Position numbers and translations under genes: made by a program. The notes beneath the pieces were generated by a model that saw nothing but the letters and a program-made list of their open reading frames with translations, was not told where the DNA came from and ran no database searches. A DNA stretch of 64,000 nucleotides. Origin: Myxococcota bacterium. GTDB lineage: Bacteria > Myxococcota_A > UBA9160 > UBA4427. The first letter of the stretch is position 1; every line of letters begins with the position of its first letter. Positions 46,404 through 56,739 of this stretch are shown here, piece by piece. The stretch covers positions 4,480,001 to 4,544,000 of the forward strand of contig OZ252299.1 of NCBI GenBank assembly GCA_965250285.1, given 5' to 3'.

Positions 46404-47525
46404 GAGGGCGCGCGGCCGGTCGGCCTCGGCCAGATCGGCGTCGCCAATGGCGGCGACCAGATCACTGATCGCGCGGTCGCGCGCCGCATCGTCTTCCCGC
46501 CGCACGTTCACGTGCCCGATCTTGCGAAGCGGCCTGGGCGCCTTGCCGTAGTCGTAGAGCTTCGCCCCTTCGACCGACTCGACGGCGCCCGCCGGTGGCA
46601 GGGTGCCGATCAGGTTCAGCATCGCGCTCGAACCGTCGAGCGCAGTCGACTCGATCGGCCAACCAGCGACGGCCCGCATGTGATTCTCGAACTGGCTCGT
46701 CTGCGCACCATCGAGGGTCCAGTGACCCGAGTTGTGCACTCGGCACGCCATCTCGTTCACGAGCCAGCGACCGTCGACCTCGAAGAGCTCGATGGCGATC
46801 ACGCCGCGGTAGTCGAGCGCCCCGCAGATGCGCGCGAGCCACTCGCGGCCCGTCGCGAGCTGGGCGTCGGTCAGCCCCGCGGCCGGCGCCCGCGAGATGC
46901 GAAGAATGCCGCCGACGTGGGCGTTCTCGGGCGGCGCCCACATCTCGATGGCCCCGTCGGCGTCGCAGACGGCGACGAGCGAGAGCTCGCGATCGAAGGG
47001 GACGAAGGCTTCGAGGATCGCCGGCCGGTCGCCGAGCTCACGCGCGGCCGGGGCGAGGTCGTCCGGGCCGTGCAGCCGCCACTGCCCCTTGCCGTCATAC
47101 CCATCGGATCGCGTCTTCAAGATGGCGGGCAGACCCACCGACTCGACGGCGCGCTCGAGCTCTTCGAGATTCGAGACAGGTTCGAAGTCGGCTGTCGCGA
47201 TGTCGTGATCGCGCAAGAAGCTCTTCTCGAGCAGCCGGTCGCGCACGACTTCGAGCGCGCGCGTGCTCGGGTGCAGCGGCATCTTCGCCTCGAGCGCGCG
47301 ACACGTCTCGAGGGGCACGCCCTCGAACTCGTACGTGACGACATCGCAGTCTTCGAGGGCGCGCGCGACCTCGGGCGACTCGTACGCAGCCGTCAGGGTG
47401 GGCGCGACCTGCGAGGCCGAGCAGCCGGCTTGCGGATCGATGACGAGGACATCGATGCCGATGCGCTGAGCGTCTTCGGCGAGCATGCGCCCCAGCTGTC
47501 CGCCGCCGAGGATTCCGACCCTCAC
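46392..47525 (-). CDS. purK: N5-carboxyaminoimidazole ribonucleotide synthase
   Basis: GILGGGQLGRML, VTYEFE, GYDGKGQ, NEMACRVHNSGH, SQFENH, YGK..R..RKIGH. Confidence 0.96.
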   Translation of the reverse strand: MRVGILGGGQLGRMLAEDAQRIGIDVLVIDPQAGCSASQVAPTLTAAYESPEVARALEDCDVVTYEFEGVPLETCRALEAKMPLHPSTRALEVVRDRLLEKSFLRDHDIATADFEPVSNLEELERAVESVGLPAILKTRSDGYDGKGQWRLHGPDDLAPAARELGDRPAILEAFVPFDRELSLVAVCDADGAIEMWAPPENAHVGGILRISRAPAAGLTDAQLATGREWLARICGALDYRGVIAIELFEVDGRWLVNEMACRVHNSGHWTLDGAQTSQFENHMRAVAGWPIESTALDGSSAMLNLIGTLPPAGAVESVEGAKLYDYGKAPRPLRKIGHVNVRREDDAARDRAISDLVAAIGDADLAEADRPRALSPR

Positions 47526-47578
47526 GCCCGCTCCTTCTTTCTTGACTCGAGTTCGTCGAGGGCCCTGAGTCGGCCCGA

Positions 47579-48112
47579 TCAGCTGCCTTCTTCTTTCCAG
47601 GGCGGCGGAGTATGGAGGACGCGCTCGGTCTGCGCGAGGCGTCGCGCGCGCAGGCGGTCGCGCAGGGCGGCGTCGGCGTGGCCGAGCATCTCGGCGGCGA
47701 GCAGCCCGGCATTGGCCGCGCCTGAGGGACCGATTGCGAGGGTGCCGACGGCGACGCCCGCCGGCATCTGCGCAATCGAGAGCAGCGAGTCGACCCCGCT
47801 GAGCGCGCGACTCTTCACCGGCACACCGAGCACCGGCAACACCGTCATCGACGCCAGCATACCCGGCAGGTGGGCCGCCCCACCGGCGCCCGCAATGATG
47901 ACGGCGAGCCCACGCTCTTCGGCACGGCGGCCGTACTCGAAGAGCAGCTCGGGGGTGCGATGGGCCGAGACCACGTGGGTCTCGTGCGCGACCTCGAGCT
48001 CACTGAGCACACTCGCCGCCTCTTGCATCGTCGGCCAATCGGAGGTCGAGCCCATCACGATGCCTACGGGTCCCGGGGCCGAGGCGTCGAGCCAGGCGGG
48101 GCGGTCGTCCAT
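47579..48112 (-). CDS. purE: N5-CAIR mutase
   Basis: [35 protein letters not shown]. Confidence 0.96.
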   Translation of the reverse strand: MDDRPAWLDASAPGPVGIVMGSTSDWPTMQEAASVLSELEVAHETHVVSAHRTPELLFEYGRRAEERGLAVIIAGAGGAAHLPGMLASMTVLPVLGVPVKSRALSGVDSLLSIAQMPAGVAVGTLAIGPSGAANAGLLAAEMLGHADAALRDRLRARRLAQTERVLHTPPPWKEEGS

Positions 48113-48233
48113 CTTCGAGCTCCTTCGCGGTGGGCGCAGGTTAGCTCGAAAAAGTTTGGGGGGCGGCGAGGCCCGGCCGAGCGATCAGCGCCTCCGGCGC
48201 CCTTTACGGCGCGGCGCTGCGGGGCGGCTTTCT

Positions 48234-49004
48234 CTACGTCGAGCCAGATCGTCGCGCGCGAGCCGATAGCTGCCACACGCCGATCGTGACGAGCCCCAGA
48301 GCCAAACAACCCAACCCGATCCCGGCCGGCGCGAGACCCGGCACCGCCACGCCGCCCGGTGCGTTGACGACGACCTCGAAGTTGTCGATCGAGAAGCTGG
48401 TCCCTGCCTCGTTGACGGCGCCGCCGAGGAACCCGAAGCGGATCGGGTCGCCCGAAGCCGAGAAATCCGGCGGCGTTCCGGCGTTGACCTCCTCGAAGTC
48501 GGCCTGCGCCAGATCGACCGACTCGACCGGGCCCCAGTTCATCAGATCGAACGCAGGCTCGGCCGTCGACGGCGCGTAGATGCCGCCACCCTGGGTGAAG
48601 GCGAAGACGAGCGTCGGTTGCGAGAGGTCGAGGGGGGCGTTCGTGCCGATGATGTCGGCTCGAAAACGCACCGTATCGAGCGGCCCATCCACAGCGGGAT
48701 CCCAGCCGCTCGCAGTCTGGAACGTGCCCACGGTCGACAGCACGCCGGGCAAGATGAGAGCACGGTAGGCACCCGGGTTGCCGCCCGAAGCGAGCGTGGT
48801 CGACGACCCACCCGCGAACGTGAAGCCGTCGAACCAGTCGACGAAGTCGCCGTCGTTCACGACGAGCTGTTGTGCCCCGGCCGGCCACGCCAGGGCCGTG
48901 AGCCAGAGTGCAGAGACGATCCTCAGACCCAGACGGGGTCCGCGTCGAGAGCTGAATCGGCGAGCGGCGCCACCGAAGAACCAACGAAGCACCTCGTTTC
49001 GCAT
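48234..49004 (-). CDS. Secreted protein with IPTL/PEP-CTERM-like C-terminal sorting signal
   Basis: Signal peptide ends AGA|QQ. C-terminal VPGL, TM segment and basic tail. Start uncertain. Confidence 0.7.
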   Translation of the reverse strand: MRNEVLRWFFGGAARRFSSRRGPRLGLRIVSALWLTALAWPAGAQQLVVNDGDFVDWFDGFTFAGGSSTTLASGGNPGAYRALILPGVLSTVGTFQTASGWDPAVDGPLDTVRFRADIIGTNAPLDLSQPTLVFAFTQGGGIYAPSTAEPAFDLMNWGPVESVDLAQADFEEVNAGTPPDFSASGDPIRFGFLGGAVNEAGTSFSIDNFEVVVNAPGGVAVPGLAPAGIGLGCLALGLVTIGVWQLSARARRSGST

Positions 49005-49249
49005 CCCGACCTCCGCACGATTGAGCGCCCAAGTCACGGCTTCCATCCTGCACTGTCGCCCAGCGAAAATCGACACAGAAATGCGACCGCGGCCCAATGA
49101 GATCCGACGGGGCACCGATCTGTACCGTTTCGGGCGCACGAGGCCCGCCCGGAGCCCGGCGGAGCGGGGCCGACCACAGCGGTCTCGATCGGCGCGAACG
49201 CAGGCCAGCACGTCGGTCGCCAGCGGTCGATCGGCTCTATGCTCTTCGC

Positions 49250-49579
49250 ATGTCCGACGCGCGCACAATCGGTCGACCGCACTTCTCCGTGGGCGAAGTC
49301 GTCCAGCACGCGCTCTTCGGCTACCGCGGCGTCGTCGTCGATCTCGATGCGACCTTCCAGCTCACCGACGAGTGGTACGACGAGGTCGCACGCAGCCGGC
49401 CGCCTAAGGACGCGCCGTGGTATCACGTGGTCGTCGAAGACTCGGACGCCGTCCGCTACGTCGCCGAGCGCAACCTGCGCGCGGACGACACGGGCGAGCC
49501 GGTGCGCAATCCCCTGCTCGACGAGCTCTTCGCAGGGTTCGATGATGGGCGGTATCGGCGACGCGACCGGCTCCAGTAG
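49250..49579 (+). CDS. hspQ: Heat shock protein HspQ (YccV-like)
   Basis: FSVGEVVQH.LFGYRGVVVD.D, PPKDAPWYHVVV, YVAERNL. Confidence 0.9.
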   Translation: MSDARTIGRPHFSVGEVVQHALFGYRGVVVDLDATFQLTDEWYDEVARSRPPKDAPWYHVVVEDSDAVRYVAERNLRADDTGEPVRNPLLDELFAGFDDGRYRRRDRLQ

Positions 49580-49673
49580 GCCGCCGCCCAGCGCTGATGT
49601 GAGGCGTTCGCTCGGATCCGATCGCTCGCCCGAGGCGCGCCCTGCGCGCAGCGGACGCCGCACCGAAGGGCGG

Positions 49674-52061
49674 CTACTGAACAGTCAGCGGGCCGAGTCT
49701 CTGCGCAGCCTCGAGCTCTCGGCGCGCCTCTTCTTCGCGGCCGAGGCGGGTCAAGACCTGGGCGAGCCGCTGGTGCGACGCCGCGCTCGGGCGAAGCCGC
49801 GTGGCCTGTTGCAGCGGGGTCACCGCCTCTTCGAGTCGGCCCTCGGCCACCAGGACGCCGGCGAGCTGCTCGTAGGCGAGCGGCTGATCGGGCTCGGTCG
49901 CGATCGCCGCGTCGAGCTGGTCGATGGCCTCTTTGGTCTTGCCCTGCTGAGCAAGCACCAGGGCGAGGCCGACATGCGTGCGCGCGCTCGGCCCTTCGGC
50001 CAGCGCAGCGCGCAGGTGACGCTCGGCGCCATCGAGCTCGCCCCGGCGAGCGAGCGAGCTGCCGAGGTTGTAGTGCGCCGAGACCGACTTCGGATCGAGC
50101 TCGAGGGCGCGCTCGTACATCTCGGCCGCCTCTTCGCTGAGCCCCTGACGATCGAGCACGAAGCCGAGGTCGCTGTAGATCGCCGGGCGCGCTTCGATCG
50201 CGAGCGACTCGCGGTAGTGCGCCTCGGCGACCTCGAGCTCGCCGAGATCGATCGAGGCGAGCGCGATGTTGTTGTGCGCCTTCGTATGCTTCGGATCGAC
50301 GGCGAGCGCCTGCTCGAGCGTCTCGACCGCCTCGGCGCTCAGCCCCTGCTGAAAGAGCGCGAAACCCTTCGAGTTGAGCAGCTCGACGTTCTCGGGCTCG
50401 ACTTCGAGCCCGCGGTCGTACGACCGGACCGCGCCGGGATAGTTGCCCGTGCGCTCGTTCGCCATGCCCGCGCGCAGGAACGAGTAGGCATCGAGAAAAC
50501 GCTCTTCGATGCTCGCGATCGAGTCGGCGGGGATCGGCACGAACTCGGGGATGTTCGCAGCGCGGTCGCGCTCGGTGAAGCGGTCGAGCACGACGGGCGG
50601 GGTCGATCGCCCTTCATCATCGATGTGCGTGAGAAAGAGCTGCGTATAGGGCGTGTACGCCTTCGACGAGAAGACCAGCCAACGCCCATTCGACGAGAAG
50701 CTGTGCCACGAGTTCATGAGCGGGGTGTTCGCGCGCAGCCGACGCGCCTCGCCGCCTTCGGCCGGGACGATGAAGAGCTCGCTGTCCGGCATCAGCAGCA
50801 TGTAGTTCTCGGCCTTGCAGAAGACGATCCACTTCCCGTCCGGTGAGAACTTCGCGAAGAAGTTGCTCATGCCATTGTGCGACGCGCCTTCGATGGGCTC
50901 GGCCTGCCCCCCCATGCCCTCGTTGAAGGGCACGCGATACAGATCGAACTTGAAGGGGGCGCGATCCTCGACGAACTCGGGCACGTCCTCCCCGTCGAGC
51001 AGGATCGTGCTCGCATCGTCGACCCCGCCCTTTCGATAGGCCTTGGTGCGGGCGAAGACGACCGACTTGCCGTCGGGGCTCCACGTCGGATTGCTCTGCA
51101 CGTACTCGGGATCGTCGGCGCCCGGCAGCGGCGCATACGTGCCGGTCTGCGTGTCGTAGACGACGAGGATGCCCTTGATCGGGAAGAAGAGCTGCGAGAA
51201 CGCGATCTCGGGCGTCGCCACGAAGACGGCGCGATCCTTGACCGTGCTGATCACGTAGCGACCGTCGGGCGAGATCTGCGAGAGCAGGCCGAAGGTGAGC
51301 TCGCCGTCGTCTCGCTCGTAGTCGCTCCAGGTGATGATCTTCTCGTCGTTCATCACCATCTCTTGCTCGACGGGCAGCACGGCGTACGCGCCCTTGTCGT
51401 TGCCGTAGTCGACGTCGAGGCCCAGCACGCTGCCGTCGCCCGAGAACGAGTGGCAGTTGCCGCAGACGGGCAGGTTCTCGAGAACGATCGGCGGCCCTTC
51501 CATCGAATCGACCGAGCCGAATCGCCAGCGAATGCGCGACGGATCCTGCACGGCGTCGATGAACGGCAGCGGCACCTCGCGGTAGAAGATCGCGTCGCCC
51601 ACCGGATCGGTGGAGGTGCGAATGCGCACCGTGCTGGCCGAGACGGGCTGGCCCGTCGGGCCCAGGCCAACGATGGCGACCTCTGCGTCTTGCTCGGTGC
51701 TGCCACCCTTGATCTCGGCCCAGTGCGGCTCGGCCGGTCGCCACTGCGGCTCGCTGGTCGAGAAGCGACGTCCATCGTCGTCGCCGTCCAGGCGCAGCAT
51801 CACCTGCCACTCGCTGACTCCCTCGGTCTCATCCTTCCAGACGAACGTTGGCGCCACGATCTCGGGCGGAAAGAGCGTGTCGTCGAGGGGATACGTGATT
51901 TCGAGCGCGCCGGTCGCCGCTGCGGGGAAGGCGACCTTCGTCGGCGCGGCCTCGCGGCTGCAGCCCAGCCAGGCGCCAAGGGCGAGGGCGATGAAGAGAA
52001 GCGTCCGCGCGGGCGGGCGGAGTCGGGGGCGACTCGCATCTCGGGGTCGAGCATCGGTCAC
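49674..52061 (-). CDS. Lipoprotein with TolB-like (PD40) beta-propeller, CxxCH motif and C-terminal TPR array
   Basis: Lipobox WLGC, VCGNCHSFS, repeated SPDG motifs, TPRs (AHNNIALA, AHYNLGSSL). Start uncertain. Confidence 0.8.
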   Translation of the reverse strand: MTDARPRDASRPRLRPPARTLLFIALALGAWLGCSREAAPTKVAFPAAATGALEITYPLDDTLFPPEIVAPTFVWKDETEGVSEWQVMLRLDGDDDGRRFSTSEPQWRPAEPHWAEIKGGSTEQDAEVAIVGLGPTGQPVSASTVRIRTSTDPVGDAIFYREVPLPFIDAVQDPSRIRWRFGSVDSMEGPPIVLENLPVCGNCHSFSGDGSVLGLDVDYGNDKGAYAVLPVEQEMVMNDEKIITWSDYERDDGELTFGLLSQISPDGRYVISTVKDRAVFVATPEIAFSQLFFPIKGILVVYDTQTGTYAPLPGADDPEYVQSNPTWSPDGKSVVFARTKAYRKGGVDDASTILLDGEDVPEFVEDRAPFKFDLYRVPFNEGMGGQAEPIEGASHNGMSNFFAKFSPDGKWIVFCKAENYMLLMPDSELFIVPAEGGEARRLRANTPLMNSWHSFSSNGRWLVFSSKAYTPYTQLFLTHIDDEGRSTPPVVLDRFTERDRAANIPEFVPIPADSIASIEERFLDAYSFLRAGMANERTGNYPGAVRSYDRGLEVEPENVELLNSKGFALFQQGLSAEAVETLEQALAVDPKHTKAHNNIALASIDLGELEVAEAHYRESLAIEARPAIYSDLGFVLDRQGLSEEAAEMYERALELDPKSVSAHYNLGSSLARRGELDGAERHLRAALAEGPSARTHVGLALVLAQQGKTKEAIDQLDAAIATEPDQPLAYEQLAGVLVAEGRLEEAVTPLQQATRLRPSAASHQRLAQVLTRLGREEEARRELEAAQRLGPLTVQ

Positions 52062-52133
52062 GGCGATCGGGGTCCTGCCTCGAGAGGCGATCGGGTTCCT
52101 GCCCTGGAAAGGGATCGGGTGCCTGCCTCGGGA
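52062..52133. repeat. Three imperfect 24-bp tandem repeats
   Basis: GGCGATCGGGGTCCTGCCTCGAGA / GGCGATCGGGTTCCTGCCCTGGAA / AGGGATCGGGTGCCTGCCTCGGGA. Confidence 0.8.
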
Positions 52134-52282
52134 TCGGTGGGACCCACGAGTATGGGGCATCTGCGCGGGCGTGCCGACGGGTTTCGGGGTGAATTGACCT
52201 CGGATCTCTTCGCCTTTGCCGGGGCGTTCAGCACCAGGCCTTTCACCCACGCAGGATTGGACACGCCCACCCAGATGAGGAA

Positions 52283-52312
52283 TTGACAGGCATCTGGCTG
52301 GCAGATTACAAC
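52283..52312 (+). promoter_or_regulatory. Putative sigma70 promoter
   Basis: TTGACA-N18-TACAAC about 80 nt upstream of ATG 52390. Confidence 0.45.
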
Positions 52313-52389
52313 CACAGGGCCACCAGAGTTGCTCTTTGCCCTCGGGTCGATCGAGACCGAATGGGGGCGACCTCTATCCGGAGACCGCG

Positions 52390-53601
52390 ATGAATCGGGT
52401 TCGTTCTCTCACTCTGCTCCTCGCTGCGCTGCTCGCCGCCGGTTCGGCGTCGGCGGGCGTCCACACCGTCTCGCCCGGCGAGTCGATCCAGGCTGCGATC
52501 GACAGCGCGAGCCCCGGCGACACGATCCTGGTCGAGCCGGGTGTCTATCAGGAGCTCGGCAACGCCGAGTTCGGCCTCCGCATCTCGACCGACAACCTGC
52601 GCTTGATCGGCAAGGTGCGGCCGGGCAAGGGACAGGCAGGCAAGGTCCGCATCATTCCGTTCGGCACCCAGTACACGGGCATCTACGCCGCGCCGGCCGG
52701 CTGCGGCCCCGACCTCGGCGTCGGCCAGTGTGCCGACGAGCTGCACGGCGTCTACATCCGCGGCTTCACCGTCGAGGCCTTCGGCAAGAACGGCATCCAG
52801 ACCCGCTTCGTGCGCGACTTCGAGCTCATTCGCAACGAGTCGGCGGGCAATGGCTGGGACAACGGCAACGGCATCTACCCGACCATCTCGGCCAACGGGC
52901 TGGTGCGCAACAACATCTCGTACGGCTCGGCCGACACGGCGATGTGGGTGGCGGCTTCGGAGAACGTCCGTGTGATCGGGAACGATCTCTCGTCGAGCGC
53001 GATCGGCTTCGAGATCACGGTCTCGAACAACGTCGTCGCGCGCCACAACGAGATCTACGGCAACACCGTCGGCGTGGGCCTCTTCCACCCGAACGCGGCC
53101 GGCAACGCCCAGCTGCCCGTGATGGCGAACTGGGTCATCGACCAGAACGACATCCACGACAACAACGGCATCGGTCTCGCGTTCCCCGGCAGCTTCCAGG
53201 AGGGCTTGCCGCCGGGCGTGGGCGTGCTGCTGCTGGGCGTCTCGGTGAACGAGATCACCGGCAATACCGTCTCGAACAACGGTCTGATCGGCATCGGCGT
53301 GCTCGGCTGGTGCTCGGCGACGGCGAACGGCGACCCCGATCGCAACTGCATCAACGCGCCGCCGACGGCGGATCCGTCGGCGAACGACAACTTCGTCGCC
53401 CGAAACAAGCTCGACAACAACGGCACGAACCCCTTCCCGCTGTTGCCGCCCGAGATCGCCGGGCTCGCGGCAGACATCGTCTACGTCAGCACGCCCGAGG
53501 CCGGCGAGGCGGGCACGGGCAACTGTTTCGAGAAGAACAAGCCCAAGAACGGGTTCACGTTCATCTCCTCTGAAGGAGTGCTGCCGACCGACGGCTGCTG
53601 A
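52390..53601 (+). CDS. Secreted right-handed parallel beta-helix repeat protein
   Basis: Signal peptide, VSPGESIQAAID.A.PGDTI.VEPGVY, NG.YP, Asn-ladder repeats. Confidence 0.88.
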   Translation: MNRVRSLTLLLAALLAAGSASAGVHTVSPGESIQAAIDSASPGDTILVEPGVYQELGNAEFGLRISTDNLRLIGKVRPGKGQAGKVRIIPFGTQYTGIYAAPAGCGPDLGVGQCADELHGVYIRGFTVEAFGKNGIQTRFVRDFELIRNESAGNGWDNGNGIYPTISANGLVRNNISYGSADTAMWVAASENVRVIGNDLSSSAIGFEITVSNNVVARHNEIYGNTVGVGLFHPNAAGNAQLPVMANWVIDQNDIHDNNGIGLAFPGSFQEGLPPGVGVLLLGVSVNEITGNTVSNNGLIGIGVLGWCSATANGDPDRNCINAPPTADPSANDNFVARNKLDNNGTNPFPLLPPEIAGLAADIVYVSTPEAGEAGTGNCFEKNKPKNGFTFISSEGVLPTDGC

Positions 53602-53605
53602 GCCA

Positions 53606-53662
53606 CGCGACCTGCGGGTCGTCGCCCCGCGCGACCTAGGGGTCGTCGCCCCGCGCGACCCC
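53606..53662. repeat. 24-bp tandem palindromic repeats (REP-like)
   Basis: CGCGACCTGCGGGTCGTCGCCCCG, CGCGACCTAGGGGTCGTCGCCCCG and a partial third copy. Each contains a CGACC-N4-GGTCG hairpin. Confidence 0.8.
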
Positions 53663-53700
53663 GCAGCGTTTCTGCGCGACCCTCTTCGACGGGGTTCACA

Positions 53701-53727
53701 CGCCCCCGGCCGATCTGGCCGGGGGCG
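53701..53727 (+). terminator. Strong GC hairpin, possible terminator
   Basis: CGCCCCCGGCC-GATCT-GGCCGGGGGCG, with only a weak U tract. Confidence 0.4.
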
Positions 53728-53758
53728 TTCTCGTCGGGGCCCGGCAAGAAGGATCGAA

Positions 53759-54958
53759 GTGTCTTCCCCCCTCGCCACAGAGACGTTCGAGGCGCACGGC
53801 TGCCGCGTCGAGTGTCGTCGTTACGAGGGGCCGGTGGCGCGCGAGCTGTACCTGCTGGCAAAGCCGCCCGCCGACGCCCCGACCGCGGCGTCCCAGGCCG
53901 AGTCGGTCGACCGAGCGCTCGCCGCGGTGCTCGAGGCCCTTGGCGGAGACGCGGCATCGGCCGTCACCGAGACGGTCTTCCTCGCCGATCTCGACGCCGA
54001 TCTCGAAGCGGTGCGTGCCGGGCGACGCGCCGCATTCGGGGGCTTTCCGCACGCCGCCACGCTCGAGATCGAGCAACCTCCGCTCGAAGGCGGGGCCCGC
54101 CTGCAGGTCACACTGCACGCGTCGATCGCCCGCGACGCACCGCCCCGCGTCGATGTGCTCGATCTCGCCGCCCCCGATGGCGACGACGCAACAGTTCGCC
54201 CGTCGGCGCTGTGCATCCACGCAGGCGACGAGACGAGGCTCCACGCCGCCTCGGTGCTGGGCGCGGGCAAAGATGCCTACGCCCAGACACTCGCGATGTT
54301 CGAGCGCGCCGATGACCTGCTCGCCCAGGCCGGCATGACGTTTCATGACGTTGCGCGCACGTGGATCCATCTGCGCGAGATGGATCGCGACTACGACGCG
54401 TTCAACCGCGCGCGGCGCACGTTCTTCGAGGCGCGCGGCGTCGATCCCCCGCCGGCGAGCACCGGCATCGGCGGTGCGCCGTGCGGTCGATCGCACGATC
54501 TCGTCCTCGGTCTCCATGCGTTGACAGCGCGCGGCAGCGTCGAGCGCACCGTCATGACGACGCCGACCCTGAACGAGGCGCCCGTCTACGGCTCGGATTT
54601 CGTGCGAGGCATGAAGGTGGTCGAGGCGAACAAGACCGCGCTGCACGTCTCGGGCACCGCGAGCATCGACGAACGGGGCGAGACCGTCCACACGGGCGAC
54701 CTCGACGCTCAGGTCGACCGCATGCTCGTCAACATCGCCGCGTTGCTCGAAGGCCAGGGCGCGGGCTTCGGCGACATCGCCTCGGGCATCACGTACGTGA
54801 AGCGGCCGGCCGATGCGCCGCGCGTGCGAGCCCGCCTCGAAGACGCCGGCTTCGCAGGCTTCCCGAACGCGATCGTGGCGGCCCCGGTCTGCCGACCCGA
54901 GCTGCTCTGCGAAGCCGAGGTGCTCGCGGTGTTGCCGAAGACCGCGGCCAGCAGCTGA
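53759..54958 (+). CDS. RidA/YjgF superfamily tandem-domain protein (FkbO/Hyg5 chorismatase-like motifs)
   Basis: RTWI....D.DY..FN.AR, PPASTGIG, VSGTASIDE.G, YVK, VCRPELLCE.E. Confidence 0.75.
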   Translation: MSSPLATETFEAHGCRVECRRYEGPVARELYLLAKPPADAPTAASQAESVDRALAAVLEALGGDAASAVTETVFLADLDADLEAVRAGRRAAFGGFPHAATLEIEQPPLEGGARLQVTLHASIARDAPPRVDVLDLAAPDGDDATVRPSALCIHAGDETRLHAASVLGAGKDAYAQTLAMFERADDLLAQAGMTFHDVARTWIHLREMDRDYDAFNRARRTFFEARGVDPPPASTGIGGAPCGRSHDLVLGLHALTARGSVERTVMTTPTLNEAPVYGSDFVRGMKVVEANKTALHVSGTASIDERGETVHTGDLDAQVDRMLVNIAALLEGQGAGFGDIASGITYVKRPADAPRVRARLEDAGFAGFPNAIVAAPVCRPELLCEAEVLAVLPKTAASS

Positions 54959-55050
54959 GGCACCGGCCATCGATGCCGTAGCGGGCCGCTTTCGCCTCGC
55001 CCGGGAACCGCCGGTCTGCGCATGGGAGACCGTTGTCGAAGGCAGAAGCC

Positions 55051-56550
55051 CTAGGCGCTCACGGCCTCTGACGGGGCGATGCGCGTCTCGAGGCGCTTCA
55101 AGACGCCGTCGATGCAGCGGCTCACCTGCGTGCAGTTGCGAATGATCTCGATCTTCGGCCAGGTGGCGCGCTCACCGTCGGCGACCAGGTCTTCGACCTC
55201 CCTGGGCGAGAGGCTCGAGAGCACCATCGACGGCTCGTAGAAGCGTCGGCTCGGCACGATGTTCACGTCGGCCGCGTAGTTCTGGGTCAGGACACTGAAG
55301 AGGAGCCGCGCGTAGAAGTCGACCGGGTGGCGATCGCGCACGACGCTCATCGCAAAGGGATAGACGGCGCGCAGCAGATCCTGCGAAGCCGACACGTAGA
55401 TGCCCGTGAGTTGCGAGAGCAACGTGTCCTTCGCATGCGGATCGAGGGTGGCCCACAGCGTCACCGGGTTGGCCTGGCTGCTGATGAAGTGGTTCACGCT
55501 GTAGAGACGGGCCAGACGACGGGCCGGCATGTCGTCGGTGATCGAGCCGTCGACCCATTGACGTGAGGGCACGTAGGGTTGCCGCCGGCCCGACGCATCC
55601 TTCGCCGCCAGCGTGACCGGAGGGAACAGACCGGGGACGGCGCACGAGGCGAGCACGGCCTCGCGAATGCAGGCGTTGGGCGATGTCGCGGCGTTCAGCA
55701 GCCGCGAGCGCTGATGCAGCTGCGCGGGCGCGACCGCGACGTTGATCTGGCGGCCGGTCTCTTCGAACGCCTCGATGAAGGTCAGATCGGGGATGATCGA
55801 TTCGATCATCGCCTCGAGCTTGTCGACCTCGAGGATGCGGCGCCGCGCGGGCGCTCCGTCGCCCCCGCGCAGAACCGCGAAGGCGCGTTGGGTCACGTCA
55901 TCCGAGAAGAGGCGCTGGAGCGCGTCGGGTGCGTGGGTGCCGATCATGGCGGCGACGATCGATCCCGCGCTGGCGCCCGACACGACGCTCGGCACGAGAT
56001 CGTGCTCGGCCAGCGCTCGCGCGACGCCGATGTGGAACGAACCCAACGAGCCGGCCCCCGAGAGCATCAGCGCCGAGCGCCCGAAGCAGGCCTGGGCGCG
56101 TCTCAGCAGCCCGACCTTGTCGTGCAGCGAGATCGCGTGCTCTTCGACGGCCTCGAGGTCGAGGATCGCCGCCGTCAGCTCTTCGATGTAGTCGCTCACG
56201 AGCTGCTTGGTGCCGAAGCGCGCATGGGCGTAGAGGGCCGACGAGCCCATGCCGCCCATGTTTCCGTGCAGGCCTTCATTGAGATAGAAGAGCAAGCGGT
56301 GCGCGTCGCCCGACCGGCGGATCGCGACGAGCTCGTCGTAGCGCAGCCGAATCACCCCATGGTCGTACAGCGTGCACGACTCTTCCGACTTCCAGGCGTC
56401 GGCCCCCGAACGTCGATCCTCCTCGATCGCCCAGGTCTTCCACTCTTCATAGGTCTTCGCGTGCTTCATCGGTCGCATCACTTGGCGCAGCTTCGCCGTG
56501 TCCTCGATGCTGCCAAAACAGCGCCGCAACGTCGATTCGAGGCGAGCCAA
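55051..56550 (-). CDS. Patatin-like lipase with DUF3336 domain (SDP1/TGL-like), start uncertain (alternative ATG 56478)
   Basis: LSGAGSLGSFHIG, GASAG, LASCAVPG, WVDGS, NHFISSQANP. Confidence 0.85.
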   Translation of the reverse strand: MARLESTLRRCFGSIEDTAKLRQVMRPMKHAKTYEEWKTWAIEEDRRSGADAWKSEESCTLYDHGVIRLRYDELVAIRRSGDAHRLLFYLNEGLHGNMGGMGSSALYAHARFGTKQLVSDYIEELTAAILDLEAVEEHAISLHDKVGLLRRAQACFGRSALMLSGAGSLGSFHIGVARALAEHDLVPSVVSGASAGSIVAAMIGTHAPDALQRLFSDDVTQRAFAVLRGGDGAPARRRILEVDKLEAMIESIIPDLTFIEAFEETGRQINVAVAPAQLHQRSRLLNAATSPNACIREAVLASCAVPGLFPPVTLAAKDASGRRQPYVPSRQWVDGSITDDMPARRLARLYSVNHFISSQANPVTLWATLDPHAKDTLLSQLTGIYVSASQDLLRAVYPFAMSVVRDRHPVDFYARLLFSVLTQNYAADVNIVPSRRFYEPSMVLSSLSPREVEDLVADGERATWPKIEIIRNCTQVSRCIDGVLKRLETRIAPSEAVSA

Positions 56551-56739
56551 TCGAGCAGGGGCTGTGCAGCCGGGTCAACGCAGAACGACGCCGGCACGGG
56601 GCGTTCTCCGCGAATTTGGGCCGCGCCTGGCGCGGGTGTGCGAGTCCTCAGTCGGTCTCGTCATCGGGCCGGCGTCGCTCCATTCGGAGAGATCGGCCGC
56701 AACGAGGAGCGGATGCTCGCCATCGGATTTGCTGGGCAA

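Noticed and set aside
52062..53662. CRISPR array
   Set aside because: The repeats are contiguous 24-mers with no unique spacers, and no cas genes are present.
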